Made by a program: the position numbers and the translations under genes. DNA of 64,000 nt from Parcubacteria group bacterium Gr01-1014_3 (GTDB lineage Bacteria; Patescibacteriota; Minisyncoccia; UBA6257; WO2-44-18), in assembly GCA_007376445.1 (NCBI GenBank), contig VMGF01000001.1, positions 114,875 through 178,874 of the forward strand, written 5' to 3'. This document shows, one piece after another, positions 1 through 9,230 of this stretch; position 1 is the first letter of the stretch; the number at the start of each line of letters is the position of its first letter. The notes under the pieces were generated by a model. It had not been told where the DNA came from. It searched no databases and saw only the letters and a list, made by a program, of their open reading frames with translations.

Positions 1-477
1 TTTAGTAATCGGCTGACCGACTAGAGCGCCTCGGCCAATTACGGCAACAACTTTATCACGCAGGATGTATTTGGCGGCGCGCAACACGGATTCAACCACT
101 CCCACCGGCAGCGGTAATACATGCGATTGCGCTGTCATAGCATCTATATCCTGAGCCGGATTAATAGCTGATAAAATCTTTGCAGAATTCAAGTTTTTCG
201 GCAGTGGCAACTGCACAATAATACCACCAATAGTCTTCTGGCCACCGATCTCCTTTATCGCCGTCATCAGATCATCTTCGGAAATCGATTCGGAAAATCT
301 ATAAAGAATGAATAAAATACCAAGCTCTTTCGCCATCTTTTCTTTTTGCTTTAAAAAACTTACCGATGCCAGGCTATCCCCCACAAAAACAGCCGCGATC
401 TTTTTTGATGGGTTAGGCAATGCTTTTAATTCTTCGGTTGTCTGTCTGGCAATTTCTTTGCCGTCGATGATTAACAT
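1..477 (-). CDS. folD: Bifunctional methylenetetrahydrofolate dehydrogenase/cyclohydrolase FolD, C-terminally truncated by window edge
   Basis: Reverse-strand translation from ATG at 477..475 gives MLIIDGKEIARQTTEELKAL...; the window-start end gives RDKVVAVIGRGALVGQPITK, matching the FolD VVVIGRSxIVGxP motif. The 308..607 plus-strand ORF in the track is antisense noise. Confidence 0.8.
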   Translation of the reverse strand, partial: MLIIDGKEIARQTTEELKALPNPSKKIAAVFVGDSLASVSFLKQKEKMAKELGILFILYRFSESISEDDLMTAIKEIGGQKTIGGIIVQLPLPKNLNSAKILSAINPAQDIDAMTAQSHVLPLPVGVVESVLRAAKYILRDKVVAVIGRGALVGQPITK

Positions 478-492
478 AGAATTGGAAATTGT

Positions 493-732
493 TTATCTTT
501 TTTTGCCATGTGACTCTATTGTTTTACTGATTGAAACGATGGAATTAAAATTATCTGGCGATAGATCTTCCATTTTCACCGGGATTTTCAGTTCACTTTC
601 AATATAGGCAATTAGTTTAATCATGGAAAAAGAGTCGAGCACTCCGGCCTCGATAAGATTTTCGGTCTCGCTCTCGATCTTCCGCTGAGTCTCTTTTTCG
701 AGATATTCTTTTATCTTATTTTTTATTTCCAT
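493..732 (-). CDS. Acyl/aminoacyl carrier protein (DltC/ACP-like, 79 aa)
   Basis: Small acidic protein with the GVLDSFSMIKLIAYIE motif, where DSF/DSL serine is the phosphopantetheine attachment site. It overlaps the 3' end of the adenylating enzyme gene by 17 nt, a dltA-dltC-like arrangement. Confidence 0.75.
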   Translation of the reverse strand: MEIKNKIKEYLEKETQRKIESETENLIEAGVLDSFSMIKLIAYIESELKIPVKMEDLSPDNFNSIVSISKTIESHGKKR

Positions 733-2260
733 AGTAAGCTCGCAACTGGTTTCGATCGACTTTGCCAGTACTTGTTTCTGGTAAATGCATCTCTACTATT
801 TCTTCTGGAATCATGTAGCGCGGCAATTTTTTCGCTAAATCTTCTTTTATCTGACTGGGCGAAGCTGATTCGTCAGTATCAGTAAAGGCGACTAACTTTT
901 TTCCACCGCTGTCGGGATCATCAATATCTACGACTGCAACCTTTTTCACATAAGGAAGCGCGTACATTGATGAATCGACATCGCCAAGCTCAATTCTATT
1001 CCCGTGAATTTTTACTTGATTATCTTTTCGGCCGATAAATTCATAATTTCCATCGTCCCTAAGCCGAACTAAGTCGCCGGTTTTATAAACTATGCCGGTC
1101 TTGCCCGGACGCGGATCGGAAATAAAGGAAGCCTGCGTCTTTTCTAAATTATTCCAATAACCCTTACCTACCCCCTTACCACCTACATATAACTCGTCAT
1201 CCACCGCAAAAATTTCCATGCCACCGGTTGCCTTGCCGATCGGCACAAGCTTTGTGAGGTCGGTCGGCACTGCCGGAATTCGGTAAAACGAACACTGAAC
1301 CGTCGTTTCCGTAGGACCATACATATTAATAAATTCTTTTTCCGGATAAGTTTTCATCCACTCCGCCAAAAATTTAGTCGGGAATCCTTCGCCGTTGAAA
1401 AAGATTTTTTTGACAGAAGGCATGATGCCTTTTTTTACTAGACCAGAATTCCATATATAAACCATTACTGATGGTACAGAATTCCAAATGGTTAATTCAT
1501 TTTCTTCAATAAACCTTATCAACTCGCCTGGAAAAAGCGATAAATTATCAGGGACCGGATACAAGGTGGCTCCGGACTTGAATGCGCAATACAAATCAAA
1601 TGTAGAGAGGTCGAAATTAAAAGGTGGGTGTTGGGACATTTTGTCTTCACTGGTAATACCGAATTCCTTCACCGCCCAATCAGTCGCATTAATTATATTA
1701 GCGTGAGAAATTTCAACTCCCTTGGGATCACCGGTAGATCCAGATGTATACATAATGTAGGCTGTGGCATCGCTTTTGTTTTTATATTCTAAGGACGCTT
1801 TAGATTCCAAGTCTATTTCCTGTCTATGCTCAAAATTCTTATTCATTTCAATAAAGTTGAAGTCCGAAAGAGGTTCATAAGTTATTAATGCCTTCGCTGA
1901 ATAATTCATACAAACCAATAATTTAACATTTGCATCCTTAAGAATTTTGGCTACTCGCTCGGCTGGCAATGAGTGATTTACGGGAACATAAATCGCATCG
2001 CATTTAAGAATAGCCAATATGGTAGCTATTGCATCGACAGACATTATCTTCATAAACATTAGGGCCACCCGATCATTCCTTTGAACACCCTTACTCTTTA
2101 AGTATCTTGCTATTTGATTGCTGTAGCCTTCTAAATCACTAAAAGTCCTGGATTTGTATTCAGGAATTCTGGATTTTTCTTCATGCCAAACATAGACCGC
2201 AGCTTTATCCGGGAATTTTGTAGCTGAATCAGTGAAATATTCTTGAATTAGTTTTGCCAT
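716..2260 (-). CDS. AMP-dependent adenylating enzyme (DltA-like carrier-protein ligase, 514 aa)
   Basis: Adenylation-domain core motifs YTSGSTGDPKGV and YKTGDLVRLRDDGNYEFIGRKDNQVKIHGNRIELGDV. Stand-alone A-domain immediately followed by a carrier protein. Confidence 0.85.
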   Translation of the reverse strand: MAKLIQEYFTDSATKFPDKAAVYVWHEEKSRIPEYKSRTFSDLEGYSNQIARYLKSKGVQRNDRVALMFMKIMSVDAIATILAILKCDAIYVPVNHSLPAERVAKILKDANVKLLVCMNYSAKALITYEPLSDFNFIEMNKNFEHRQEIDLESKASLEYKNKSDATAYIMYTSGSTGDPKGVEISHANIINATDWAVKEFGITSEDKMSQHPPFNFDLSTFDLYCAFKSGATLYPVPDNLSLFPGELIRFIEENELTIWNSVPSVMVYIWNSGLVKKGIMPSVKKIFFNGEGFPTKFLAEWMKTYPEKEFINMYGPTETTVQCSFYRIPAVPTDLTKLVPIGKATGGMEIFAVDDELYVGGKGVGKGYWNNLEKTQASFISDPRPGKTGIVYKTGDLVRLRDDGNYEFIGRKDNQVKIHGNRIELGDVDSSMYALPYVKKVAVVDIDDPDSGGKKLVAFTDTDESASPSQIKEDLAKKLPRYMIPEEIVEMHLPETSTGKVDRNQLRAYYGNKK

Positions 2261-2592
2261 AAGACTATCGCGGCGGCGTATTCACCGGAATGCGTTAAAG
2301 AAACCAGCGCTCGCCCTTTGACGCCCTTTATTCGTAATTCCGGTTTCCCGTCTTTACTATTAACAACTTCGATATTTTTTGCCTCATACACGCTTTTTCC
2401 TAAAGCTTTAACAGCCGCTTCCTTGGCGGCAAACCGCGCGGCAAAATGTTGATAAGGATTGCTTTTCGCTAAACAATATTTTATTTCTCTATCGGTAAAA
2501 ATTTTCTCATAAAAAGATACATTGCCTTGATAAGGCATTTTTCTAAATCTCCCAACTTCTTCAAGGTCTATGCCGATTTCTTGTTTTTTCAT
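2248..2592 (-). CDS. acpS: Holo-ACP synthase (4'-phosphopantetheinyl transferase, AcpS-type, 114 aa)
   Basis: GIDLEEVGRF...FAAKEAAVKALG...SLTHSGEYAAA is the AcpS family signature; size is typical. Confidence 0.85.
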   Translation of the reverse strand: MKKQEIGIDLEEVGRFRKMPYQGNVSFYEKIFTDREIKYCLAKSNPYQHFAARFAAKEAAVKALGKSVYEAKNIEVVNSKDGKPELRIKGVKGRALVSLTHSGEYAAAIVLWQN

Positions 2593-3617
2593 TAGTGAGG
2601 ATTTGGACGATCCTGGTCAGCGTCGGCTTTGGTAAAAAAACAATCCGCGAAATCCACGGGGAGATCGAATCCAATATTTACATATGGCTTCTTGCTGGAT
2701 ATAGGATTAAAGCAGATCGGAAATTTTTCAAAATCTGTGCCTGCATCTTGAAAAAATCCCGACGCTAGCAGGGTTTTCCGATATTGGTTTCCGGAAAAAA
2801 CAAAATCAGCCATATTGGCGCCAGCCGCGCTGGCGACTTCCAAAAACTTTTGCAGTATCGGCGCTTCCGCCTCCGGTTCAGATATCCAGTCGACAATACG
2901 CGCGATTTTAAAATTCTGATCCTCCTCAAAACGAAAAATTAAATATCCTTTTAAAACACCGTTTTGTTTAGCCGCGAGCACCGAATAGCGAAAGAATGGG
3001 TGGTTAAAAAATCGCCAGAGAAGGTACTCTTTCGTCCGTTCAACCGTGACAGGATATTGCGAACGGACTTTTTGCCAAAAATCAGCGAGTTCTGGAAAAA
3101 AACTGGCAACCGCTTCTACCTCCCAGCCAGCCGGCAGTTCGCTTTTTATGGCGGCCCGCTGAGAAATTTTATAATTAGCGAACAATGGATGCTTTTCATT
3201 TAAAATTGCCAAGTAGCGGTCCAGATTACCAACCGTTTTCCAATTTTTACGAAAACGGATAAATAGCCGGTGCCCGCTATCGGAATATCCGGAAACAACG
3301 GCTGGATCATCGGTACCAAGAACTTTTTCTCCTAAAGCTTTTCCCACCCCCGTTCCACGATATTCTTCCATCACAAACAGATTCATTATAAGACGGACCG
3401 GCTGCGTTTTGTCGTAAATTTTATAAGGCAAATCAAGACAGCCAAAATGTCCGACAATTTTATCGCCACTTCTAGCGATAAACAGAGACTGATTAAATTG
3501 CCAATCAAGATACGCCGGATCTGCCATGATATATTTCGGGCGCGCGATCTGACGGATATATTCCTGGAACGCCGGCAAATCAGATTTTGTGTATATGCTT
3601 ACTTTGATATTTTCCAT
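2592..3617 (-). CDS. Tandem-GNAT-fold acyl/aminoacyl transferase (FemABX/BtrH-like candidate, 341 aa)
   Basis: N-terminal half carries a GNAT acetyl-CoA-type motif (VMEEYRGTGVGKALGE); the C-terminal half looks like a second GNAT-like fold. Start codon overlaps the acpS stop. Confidence 0.5.
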   Translation of the reverse strand: MENIKVSIYTKSDLPAFQEYIRQIARPKYIMADPAYLDWQFNQSLFIARSGDKIVGHFGCLDLPYKIYDKTQPVRLIMNLFVMEEYRGTGVGKALGEKVLGTDDPAVVSGYSDSGHRLFIRFRKNWKTVGNLDRYLAILNEKHPLFANYKISQRAAIKSELPAGWEVEAVASFFPELADFWQKVRSQYPVTVERTKEYLLWRFFNHPFFRYSVLAAKQNGVLKGYLIFRFEEDQNFKIARIVDWISEPEAEAPILQKFLEVASAAGANMADFVFSGNQYRKTLLASGFFQDAGTDFEKFPICFNPISSKKPYVNIGFDLPVDFADCFFTKADADQDRPNPH

Positions 3618-3642
3618 TTATAGTGAGTTTATCGAACTATAA

Positions 3643-5001
3643 TTATATTTTTAGCATTGCCTGGACGATCCGTTCGCCTGAACGGCCATCTAATTTCCAG
3701 CATTGCTGATCAATTATTTTTTTACGAGCTTCTTGATCCAAGGTCGGATCAATCAAATAATTATTGATCCATTCAACTAATACTTCCGGACTTTTCACGA
3801 CCCGGATCGCGCCGGTCGAAAGTGCTTTCTGATAATGCGCCATGCCATAATAAGCGGTCGGCCGCTTGTAGGGGTCCGGTTCTTGTCCGATTTCAAATCC
3901 AATATTGATAATCGGTTTGTCGAAAACCGCGATATCCACCACCAAGCTGGTCGGATAAGCCACTAGCATCGAAGAATAGTGTAGGGTATCCAGAAGATGC
4001 TGAAGATCATCAGAGTTCATGTCCCAATCAACGCCGCGTTTTTTGGAAAACCTGACACCAGGAGTGTCATAAATCAGCCAGGGTCGTTTTTTTATTTCTG
4101 CCTCGTCAGCAAAATCATTAGGCTGAAATCTCATAAGAATCTGCAAATCTTTAGAAATCCGGCCCTGTTTTTGAAGATTCTGAAGTAAATCTACCATGTC
4201 CCAATCGGTGTTGCTATAAGTCTTGCCAAGTGGGGCGTAAAGGAGAATTTTTTTGCTCGGATCAACGCCTATACGTTTATAGAAAGTTTCTCTGAGGCCT
4301 GGTTTTTTAAAAACATATTGATCGTACTGAGGAATTCCTACGATGGTAATCCGCTCCTCCGGCATATCGGCATAATCCATCGCCTCTTTTTTTACAATCT
4401 CGTTATAAACCAAAAGCTGGTCCGGCAAAAGACGCACCATGCACCGGACGGTTAGCTTGTCCCAAGAATTTATAAAGCCGATGGTTTTGATTCCTCGCCG
4501 CCTCGCCTCTTGCAGCATCATAATTTCCAAATCATCGAAAAGATGCGCCGAAAAAACTAAGTCCGGTTTGTACTTTTCAAAGAATGGCGCGAAAGTATTG
4601 TCTTTAACCAAACGATAATCCAACCAGCGGCTGATCTGCCGAAAAGGCTTTACCGCGAAAATCCTATTAAAAGCGAAAGAGAATGGATAAAGAACTCTGC
4701 TCATCGGGTTCTTTTCGGTTCTCATTCGTCGCCGGAGATCCAGCGTAGCCGTGTTAATCAATTTAAATTTCAAAAAGGAAAAGATATTATTCCAAAAACT
4801 CGCTTTTGGCCGATCGATTACCTCATAAACTACCTGATTATTTTTAAACTCGCCGCCATAGTAATCAGCCCTTTCCTTGCTGCTGACAAAAAATACCAGC
4901 CGTAGATTCGGCTCTTTTATTAAATTTCTATAGACTTCGGTGCGCAGAATGTTTTTCGCCTCCACGCCCTGGAGAATAGTAATAAAAATGGTTTTTTGCA
5001 T
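3643..5001 (-). CDS. CDP-alcohol (CDP-glycerol/ribitol) glycerophosphotransferase family protein, TagB/TagF-like, paralog 1 (452 aa)
   Basis: C-terminal region IGFEIGQEPDPYKRPTAYYGMAH...CWKLDGRSGERIVQ resembles the TagB/TagF C-terminus (DG-S-ERV). Paralogous to 19098..20417 and 44157..45512. Confidence 0.6.
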   Translation of the reverse strand: MQKTIFITILQGVEAKNILRTEVYRNLIKEPNLRLVFFVSSKERADYYGGEFKNNQVVYEVIDRPKASFWNNIFSFLKFKLINTATLDLRRRMRTEKNPMSRVLYPFSFAFNRIFAVKPFRQISRWLDYRLVKDNTFAPFFEKYKPDLVFSAHLFDDLEIMMLQEARRRGIKTIGFINSWDKLTVRCMVRLLPDQLLVYNEIVKKEAMDYADMPEERITIVGIPQYDQYVFKKPGLRETFYKRIGVDPSKKILLYAPLGKTYSNTDWDMVDLLQNLQKQGRISKDLQILMRFQPNDFADEAEIKKRPWLIYDTPGVRFSKKRGVDWDMNSDDLQHLLDTLHYSSMLVAYPTSLVVDIAVFDKPIINIGFEIGQEPDPYKRPTAYYGMAHYQKALSTGAIRVVKSPEVLVEWINNYLIDPTLDQEARKKIIDQQCWKLDGRSGERIVQAMLKI

Positions 5002-5029
5002 CGATAAATATAACCAAAAAACCGGTCTT

Positions 5030-5758
5030 TTAGTTACCGGACTTTTTACGCTCTTGCGCCTTAGAATATCGCTCGTGAGTCCCGATATCGTGCACGTAAT
5101 CGTCTACTCCGGCCAGATATCCATAATATTTTTCACCCTTGGAAATAATATCCGGTAAAAGATCGTGGTCAATCGCGCAGACACCGCTATCCGGAATATA
5201 TTTCAATATTTTTTTATTAAATAAATAAATTCCTTCCATGCCAAAATAATCGGTTTTTGGCATTTCTTTGTGTGGTTTTCGATAGATAGCAGTAAAGCGC
5301 ATATCTTTATCTAAAACTGCCAAATCGGAATCGTGCGGGTGGTCGTTTTTAGCTATCACATGAACACCAATCGCCGGTTGTTTCTTTTCGTAATAAGCCC
5401 GCATGTCTGAATAATTAATTTCATTAAACACATCTCCATAAACCACAAAAAATGAATCCCTTAGATATTTTTCAAATTTCTTTAAACCACCGGCGGTGCC
5501 AAGCAATTCGGGTTCGTAGGAATAAGTGATTTTCACGCCGAATTTAGAACCATCGCCAAAATAATCTTTAATAACCTCCGGTAAATAATGAAGATTGATA
5601 TAAAAATCATTAACGCCGTGTTCTTTGAGGTGTTCGATCTGATGTAGCAAAAGCGGCTTCCCCTCGATGGGTACCATGACCTTTGGAACTTTGTCAGTTA
5701 TCGGTCTTAGCCTTGTACCTAAACCGGCGCACATAATGACTGCTTGGCTAGTACTCAT
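5030..5758 (-). CDS. Sugar-1-phosphate nucleotidyltransferase (HddC/ManC-like, 242 aa)
   Basis: AVIMCAGLGTRLRPITDKVPKVMVPIEGKPLLLHQIEHL is the NTP_transferase G-loop (GxGTRL). Sits next to the heptose-pathway genes. Confidence 0.8.
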   Translation of the reverse strand: MSTSQAVIMCAGLGTRLRPITDKVPKVMVPIEGKPLLLHQIEHLKEHGVNDFYINLHYLPEVIKDYFGDGSKFGVKITYSYEPELLGTAGGLKKFEKYLRDSFFVVYGDVFNEINYSDMRAYYEKKQPAIGVHVIAKNDHPHDSDLAVLDKDMRFTAIYRKPHKEMPKTDYFGMEGIYLFNKKILKYIPDSGVCAIDHDLLPDIISKGEKYYGYLAGVDDYVHDIGTHERYSKAQERKKSGN

Positions 5759-5770
5759 TGCTCATATTTT

Positions 5771-5802
5771 ACAATAAAAAAGCCCCGATTTCCATCGGGG
5801 CT
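5771..5802 (-). terminator. Rho-independent terminator after the transaldolase gene
   Basis: Perfect hairpin agccccgat-ttcc-atcggggct (5781..5802). On the minus strand it is followed by a T-run (plus-strand aaaaa at 5776..5780). Confidence 0.6.
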
Positions 5803-5804
5803 AA

Positions 5805-6488
5805 CTACTCTTTTAAAACTCCAGCGTCCTTTAGGAACTGCTTTTGCGTCTTCACGCTCATCTTGTTCATCAAAAGTTCCGGCAGAAACTTGGTCGGAAT
5901 TGTCACGATGTGGGCGCCAGCTTCGTAGGCCCTAAGTACATCATTCTTCTTTCGAATACTGCCAACGATGATCTCCGAAGGCAACCGATACTGATCGATC
6001 AACTCGCGAGTCTTTCGAATCTCGGCTGAACCATCCAGTCCGGTATCCATGATTCGCCGATACAGCAAGCTGACATACTTCGCTCCGGCCTTGGCCGCGG
6101 CGAAAGCCTGAAACCAGGTAATGCAAGCAGTGCAGTTGACCGCGATCTCCTGCTGAGCCAGCTCGCGAATCACGGCTAGGCGATCGGTGCCATCAGTTCC
6201 CAAGATCGGGATCTTAATCGTCGTACCCTCATAATCCAGCTCATTCACGAACGACTTCGCCTGCTTCAGCATTTCATCGGGTGAATCACTGAACACTTCC
6301 ACGCTCAAAGAAATCGGTATGGGAGTGTATTTGCGGATCAATTCAACGATCTGCTTCCAAGCCGTCATCGGCTCAGTAACGCCAGCATTCTTCAATATGG
6401 TCGGATTCGTGGTGATGCCGTCCAAGAGGCCGGTCTTCAGCCAGCGATCGATTTCTTTGAGATCGGCGGTATCTAGAAAGGGCTTCAT
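5805..6488 (-). CDS. Transaldolase / fructose-6-phosphate aldolase family (short Tal/FSA type)
   Basis: MKPFLDTADLKEIDRWLKTGLLDGITTNPTILK is the Tal/FSA N-terminus, and IKIP holds the Schiff-base lysine. Start moved to the internal ATG at 6488, which has a GGAGG Shine-Dalgarno 9 nt upstream and forms an ATGA overlap with the upstream gene's stop. The longer track ORF to 6566 is probably over-extended. Confidence 0.8.
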   Translation of the reverse strand: MKPFLDTADLKEIDRWLKTGLLDGITTNPTILKNAGVTEPMTAWKQIVELIRKYTPIPISLSVEVFSDSPDEMLKQAKSFVNELDYEGTTIKIPILGTDGTDRLAVIRELAQQEIAVNCTACITWFQAFAAAKAGAKYVSLLYRRIMDTGLDGSAEIRKTRELIDQYRLPSEIIVGSIRKKNDVLRAYEAGAHIVTIPTKFLPELLMNKMSVKTQKQFLKDAGVLKE

Positions 6489-7111
6489 TTCTTTTCCTCC
6501 TTTTGGGCGCTCTCCCACTTTCCTTCTTGCAAACGGAATCCGGGGTTGGAAACGATCAGGTGCCAAACGACCGCCTGAAAAGATTCGGCATGCGGCGTAA
6601 CCGTTTCGGGGTTAACAGTTGGAATCAAGACGCAGACATCCGCCACCTGTTTGGTATAACCTCCATCGCGACCCACAATACCGATGATGCGCGCGCCCAC
6701 CTGCTTGGCATACTTAAGAGCTTCCACGATATTCGCGCTGATATTCTTCTCCGCGTTACCACCACCCACCGAAAGAACCAGGATGAGATCTTTTTCGCTA
6801 AGCCAGCTCGTTTGTAGCCAGCGGACGAAAACAGAATTCCAGCCATCGTCATTGGTCCGGGCAGTAATCTCGGAAACATTGTCAGTCGGCGCGTAACTTT
6901 CCATACCGCCCAATTTTCGAAAATCATTGACCGCGTGGCTAGCGTTGCCGGCGCTACCACCAACTCCCAGAATGAACAATCGTCCCCTAGAAGTACGAAC
7001 ATCAATGAGGATTTCGATAGCTTTATGAATTGAATCCTTATCTAACTTTTCAATGATCAACTTGGCTTCTTCCAGATAGGAATCGATGTATTCTTTCGTG
7101 CCGTTGTTCAC
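6485..7111 (-). CDS. SIS-domain sugar phosphate isomerase (GmhA-like sedoheptulose-7-P isomerase, 208 aa)
   Basis: GVGGSAGNASHAVND and LSVGGGNAEKNISAN match the GmhA GNGGS.../STSGNS pattern. Placed next to the transaldolase (S7P source) and the HddA-like kinase. Confidence 0.7.
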   Translation of the reverse strand: MNNGTKEYIDSYLEEAKLIIEKLDKDSIHKAIEILIDVRTSRGRLFILGVGGSAGNASHAVNDFRKLGGMESYAPTDNVSEITARTNDDGWNSVFVRWLQTSWLSEKDLILVLSVGGGNAEKNISANIVEALKYAKQVGARIIGIVGRDGGYTKQVADVCVLIPTVNPETVTPHAESFQAVVWHLIVSNPGFRLQEGKWESAQKEEKK

Positions 7112-7148
7112 TTTTTCCTCCTGCTTCAGCCCTATCTGAATCCGGAAT

Positions 7149-7200
7149 CATCCTACAAAAAGGATGCTTATAATACAACACCCCGAATGTTCGGGGTGTT
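7149..7200 (-). terminator. Two adjacent hairpins in the intergenic region (candidate terminator after the SDR gene)
   Basis: catcct-acaaaa-aggatg (7149..7166) and aacaccccgaa-tg-ttcggggtgtt (7177..7200). The U-tract is weak on the minus strand and T-rich on the plus strand. Confidence 0.4.
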
Positions 7201-7216
7201 TCATGTTTATTTTTGT

Positions 7217-8080
7217 CTACTTTCTCCAGTTTTTACCTCTATCTTCCGGCTTAACTCGGCGTAGATTATAAATTTCAGAATTCGCGATCTCTTCCAGATG
7301 ATTCGGAAAATCCCGGTAGTTGTCCCAGACAGCGCTTAAATACTTACCGGTAATTCCAGAGGCTTCCGGAGAGGCCAGCCAGACAATCAATTCAGCCGCC
7401 TTGTCCGGAGACTGGCCACCGTCTTGGTTTTGCTTGACCGATCGCTCCCAAATTTCCTTGCCTACCTTATCCGGTCCAGCGGCTAAAAGATCATCAAGGA
7501 ACTTGGTGTTAACCGCGCCAGGCGCGATAGCGTTCACGAAAATATTGTATTCTTTCAGCTCAGCCGAAAGACTCTCAGTGAAACCAACCACCGCGCGTTT
7601 AGACGCGCTATAGGCGGTGAAGTTTGGTAACGCTCCATCGCCGCCGCCGGAAAAATTCACGATCCGGCCTCCACCACCCTTCTTCATAAATGGAATCGCC
7701 AGTTGACACATCGCGACCGTGCCCAGAAAGTTGATGGCAATCGTCTGCATCCATTTTTCAAAATCATTATCTTCCAATGGTCCAATCGGGCCATAAATGC
7801 CAGCCGCGTTCACCAGTACGTCGAAATGACCCTGCCAGGTAGTCTCGATAAAAGCGCGGATGGCTTTTATGTCTTTAGGATTTGAAACATCGCCATCATA
7901 AATAAAAACAGCGGAGCCAAGCTCAGTTTTGGCCTTCTTTAGTTCATCAAGAGTGCGTGAGATGAGAAGCACCCGGTCGCCATTTTTGACGAATGCTTCG
8001 GCAACCGCTCGGCCAATTCCGCGCGCGCCACCCGTAATTACGATATACCTTGGTGTCTCCATGTGATTGTTCCTTTCCAA
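7217..8080 (-). CDS. Short-chain dehydrogenase/reductase (SDR), 287 aa
   Basis: ITGGARGIGRAVAEAF Rossmann TGxxxGIG motif and YSASKRA catalytic YxxxK motif. Confidence 0.85.
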   Translation of the reverse strand: MERNNHMETPRYIVITGGARGIGRAVAEAFVKNGDRVLLISRTLDELKKAKTELGSAVFIYDGDVSNPKDIKAIRAFIETTWQGHFDVLVNAAGIYGPIGPLEDNDFEKWMQTIAINFLGTVAMCQLAIPFMKKGGGGRIVNFSGGGDGALPNFTAYSASKRAVVGFTESLSAELKEYNIFVNAIAPGAVNTKFLDDLLAAGPDKVGKEIWERSVKQNQDGGQSPDKAAELIVWLASPEASGITGKYLSAVWDNYRDFPNHLEEIANSEIYNLRRVKPEDRGKNWRK

Positions 8081-8093
8081 TGAGCCGCAAGTA

Positions 8094-9230
8094 TTATAAT
8101 ACGACTTTGGTTTTTTTCAATGCCGCCTGGCTTTTAGCCAAATATTCTTTCGCCTCCGGATACTGCTTAACCCATCCCACATACTGGTCAACATTATCCT
8201 TAAGCGTGTATTTCGGCTTCCACCCAAGCTTTTTGAGCTTAGAAATATCCATGATCTGATGACGCGGGGTGTTTAACCGGTAAGATCCTTTGATTTCGGG
8301 ATCGTATTTGGTTTTTGTGGCCTTCGCGACCAATTTAGCTAAATCCAAAACGGTGGTAATTTCTCCGCTTCCAATATTGAAAGCTTCGTAATTCGCCCGA
8401 GAATCTTCCAGTAATTTTAGGTGGGCGCTCGTGACGTCTTTAACGTTCACGAAATCGCGGATCTGATTACCGTCCTCATGCACGCTCAACGTCTGACCCG
8501 ATAAAGACTGGATCGAAAAGGCCCGCAAAGCTCCAGAATAAAAATTACGAAAAGATTGCCTAGGGCCATGAACAATCGAATAGCGCACGGCCACCGAAGG
8601 AATGCTGTAAATTTTTCCGAGAAGTAAGGCAGTCCGCTCGGCCGCCATCTTAGATACTCCGTAAGGAATTTGCGGGCGTAGCTCATCGCTTTCAAATTCC
8701 GGAACCGGCTCCATCGCCGATCCATCATGCGGGCACTTCATCTCCCACTCCCGCTTTTTGAGCTGGCCTTCCTCGCGCGGCGCCATGTAAATAATTCCAT
8801 GCTTTTTACACTTGTACTTCCCTTCTCCATAAACTGATTGCGAAGAAGTGACGATAATTTTTTTCACCGGCAATTTCTTGGACGTGATTATTTCATAAAG
8901 CATGGCAGTGCTGGCCGTATTGGTTAGGAAATAAGTGCTGAAATCCATATGGTAATCCATATGCGCCGCTAGGTGAAAAATATAGTCCGTGCCAGTCATC
9001 GCCTTTTCAAGATCGGCTCGATTACGCACATCACCCTTCATAAATTCAGCTTTTTGATTGAACCACTCCGGCAACTGGTTGTTGTGGGTCGGCGGAGCAA
9101 GATTATCTAGTACGCGGACACGATAGCCAGCCTCGAGCAGGCCATCGACAAGATGCGAGCCAATAAAACCGGCGCCACCGGTAACTAAAACTAATCCCTT
9201 ATCTTTTTTTGGTTTACTTGTTTTGGGCAT
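8094..9230 (-). CDS. NAD-dependent nucleotide-sugar epimerase/dehydratase (extended SDR) with a Cys-containing insertion, 378 aa
   Basis: VLVTGGAGFIGSHLVDGLL N-terminus and YGVSK catalytic motif. Carries an about 40-aa insert (KCKKHGIIYMAPREEGQLKKREWEMKCPHDGS). Confidence 0.8.
   Translation of the reverse strand: MPKTSKPKKDKGLVLVTGGAGFIGSHLVDGLLEAGYRVRVLDNLAPPTHNNQLPEWFNQKAEFMKGDVRNRADLEKAMTGTDYIFHLAAHMDYHMDFSTYFLTNTASTAMLYEIITSKKLPVKKIIVTSSQSVYGEGKYKCKKHGIIYMAPREEGQLKKREWEMKCPHDGSAMEPVPEFESDELRPQIPYGVSKMAAERTALLLGKIYSIPSVAVRYSIVHGPRQSFRNFYSGALRAFSIQSLSGQTLSVHEDGNQIRDFVNVKDVTSAHLKLLEDSRANYEAFNIGSGEITTVLDLAKLVAKATKTKYDPEIKGSYRLNTPRHQIMDISKLKKLGWKPKYTLKDNVDQYVGWVKQYPEAKEYLAKSQAALKKTKVVL

Noticed and set aside
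308-607. 99-aa plus-strand ORF at the left edge
   Set aside because: It overlaps both the folD 5' region and the carrier-protein gene on the opposite strand; the sequence is hydrophobic junk with no motif.
7112-7216. Possible small RNA or riboswitch in the 105-bp gap between the SIS isomerase and SDR genes
   Set aside because: It contains only two simple hairpins consistent with transcription termination; there are no conserved riboswitch core sequences that I can recognise by eye.
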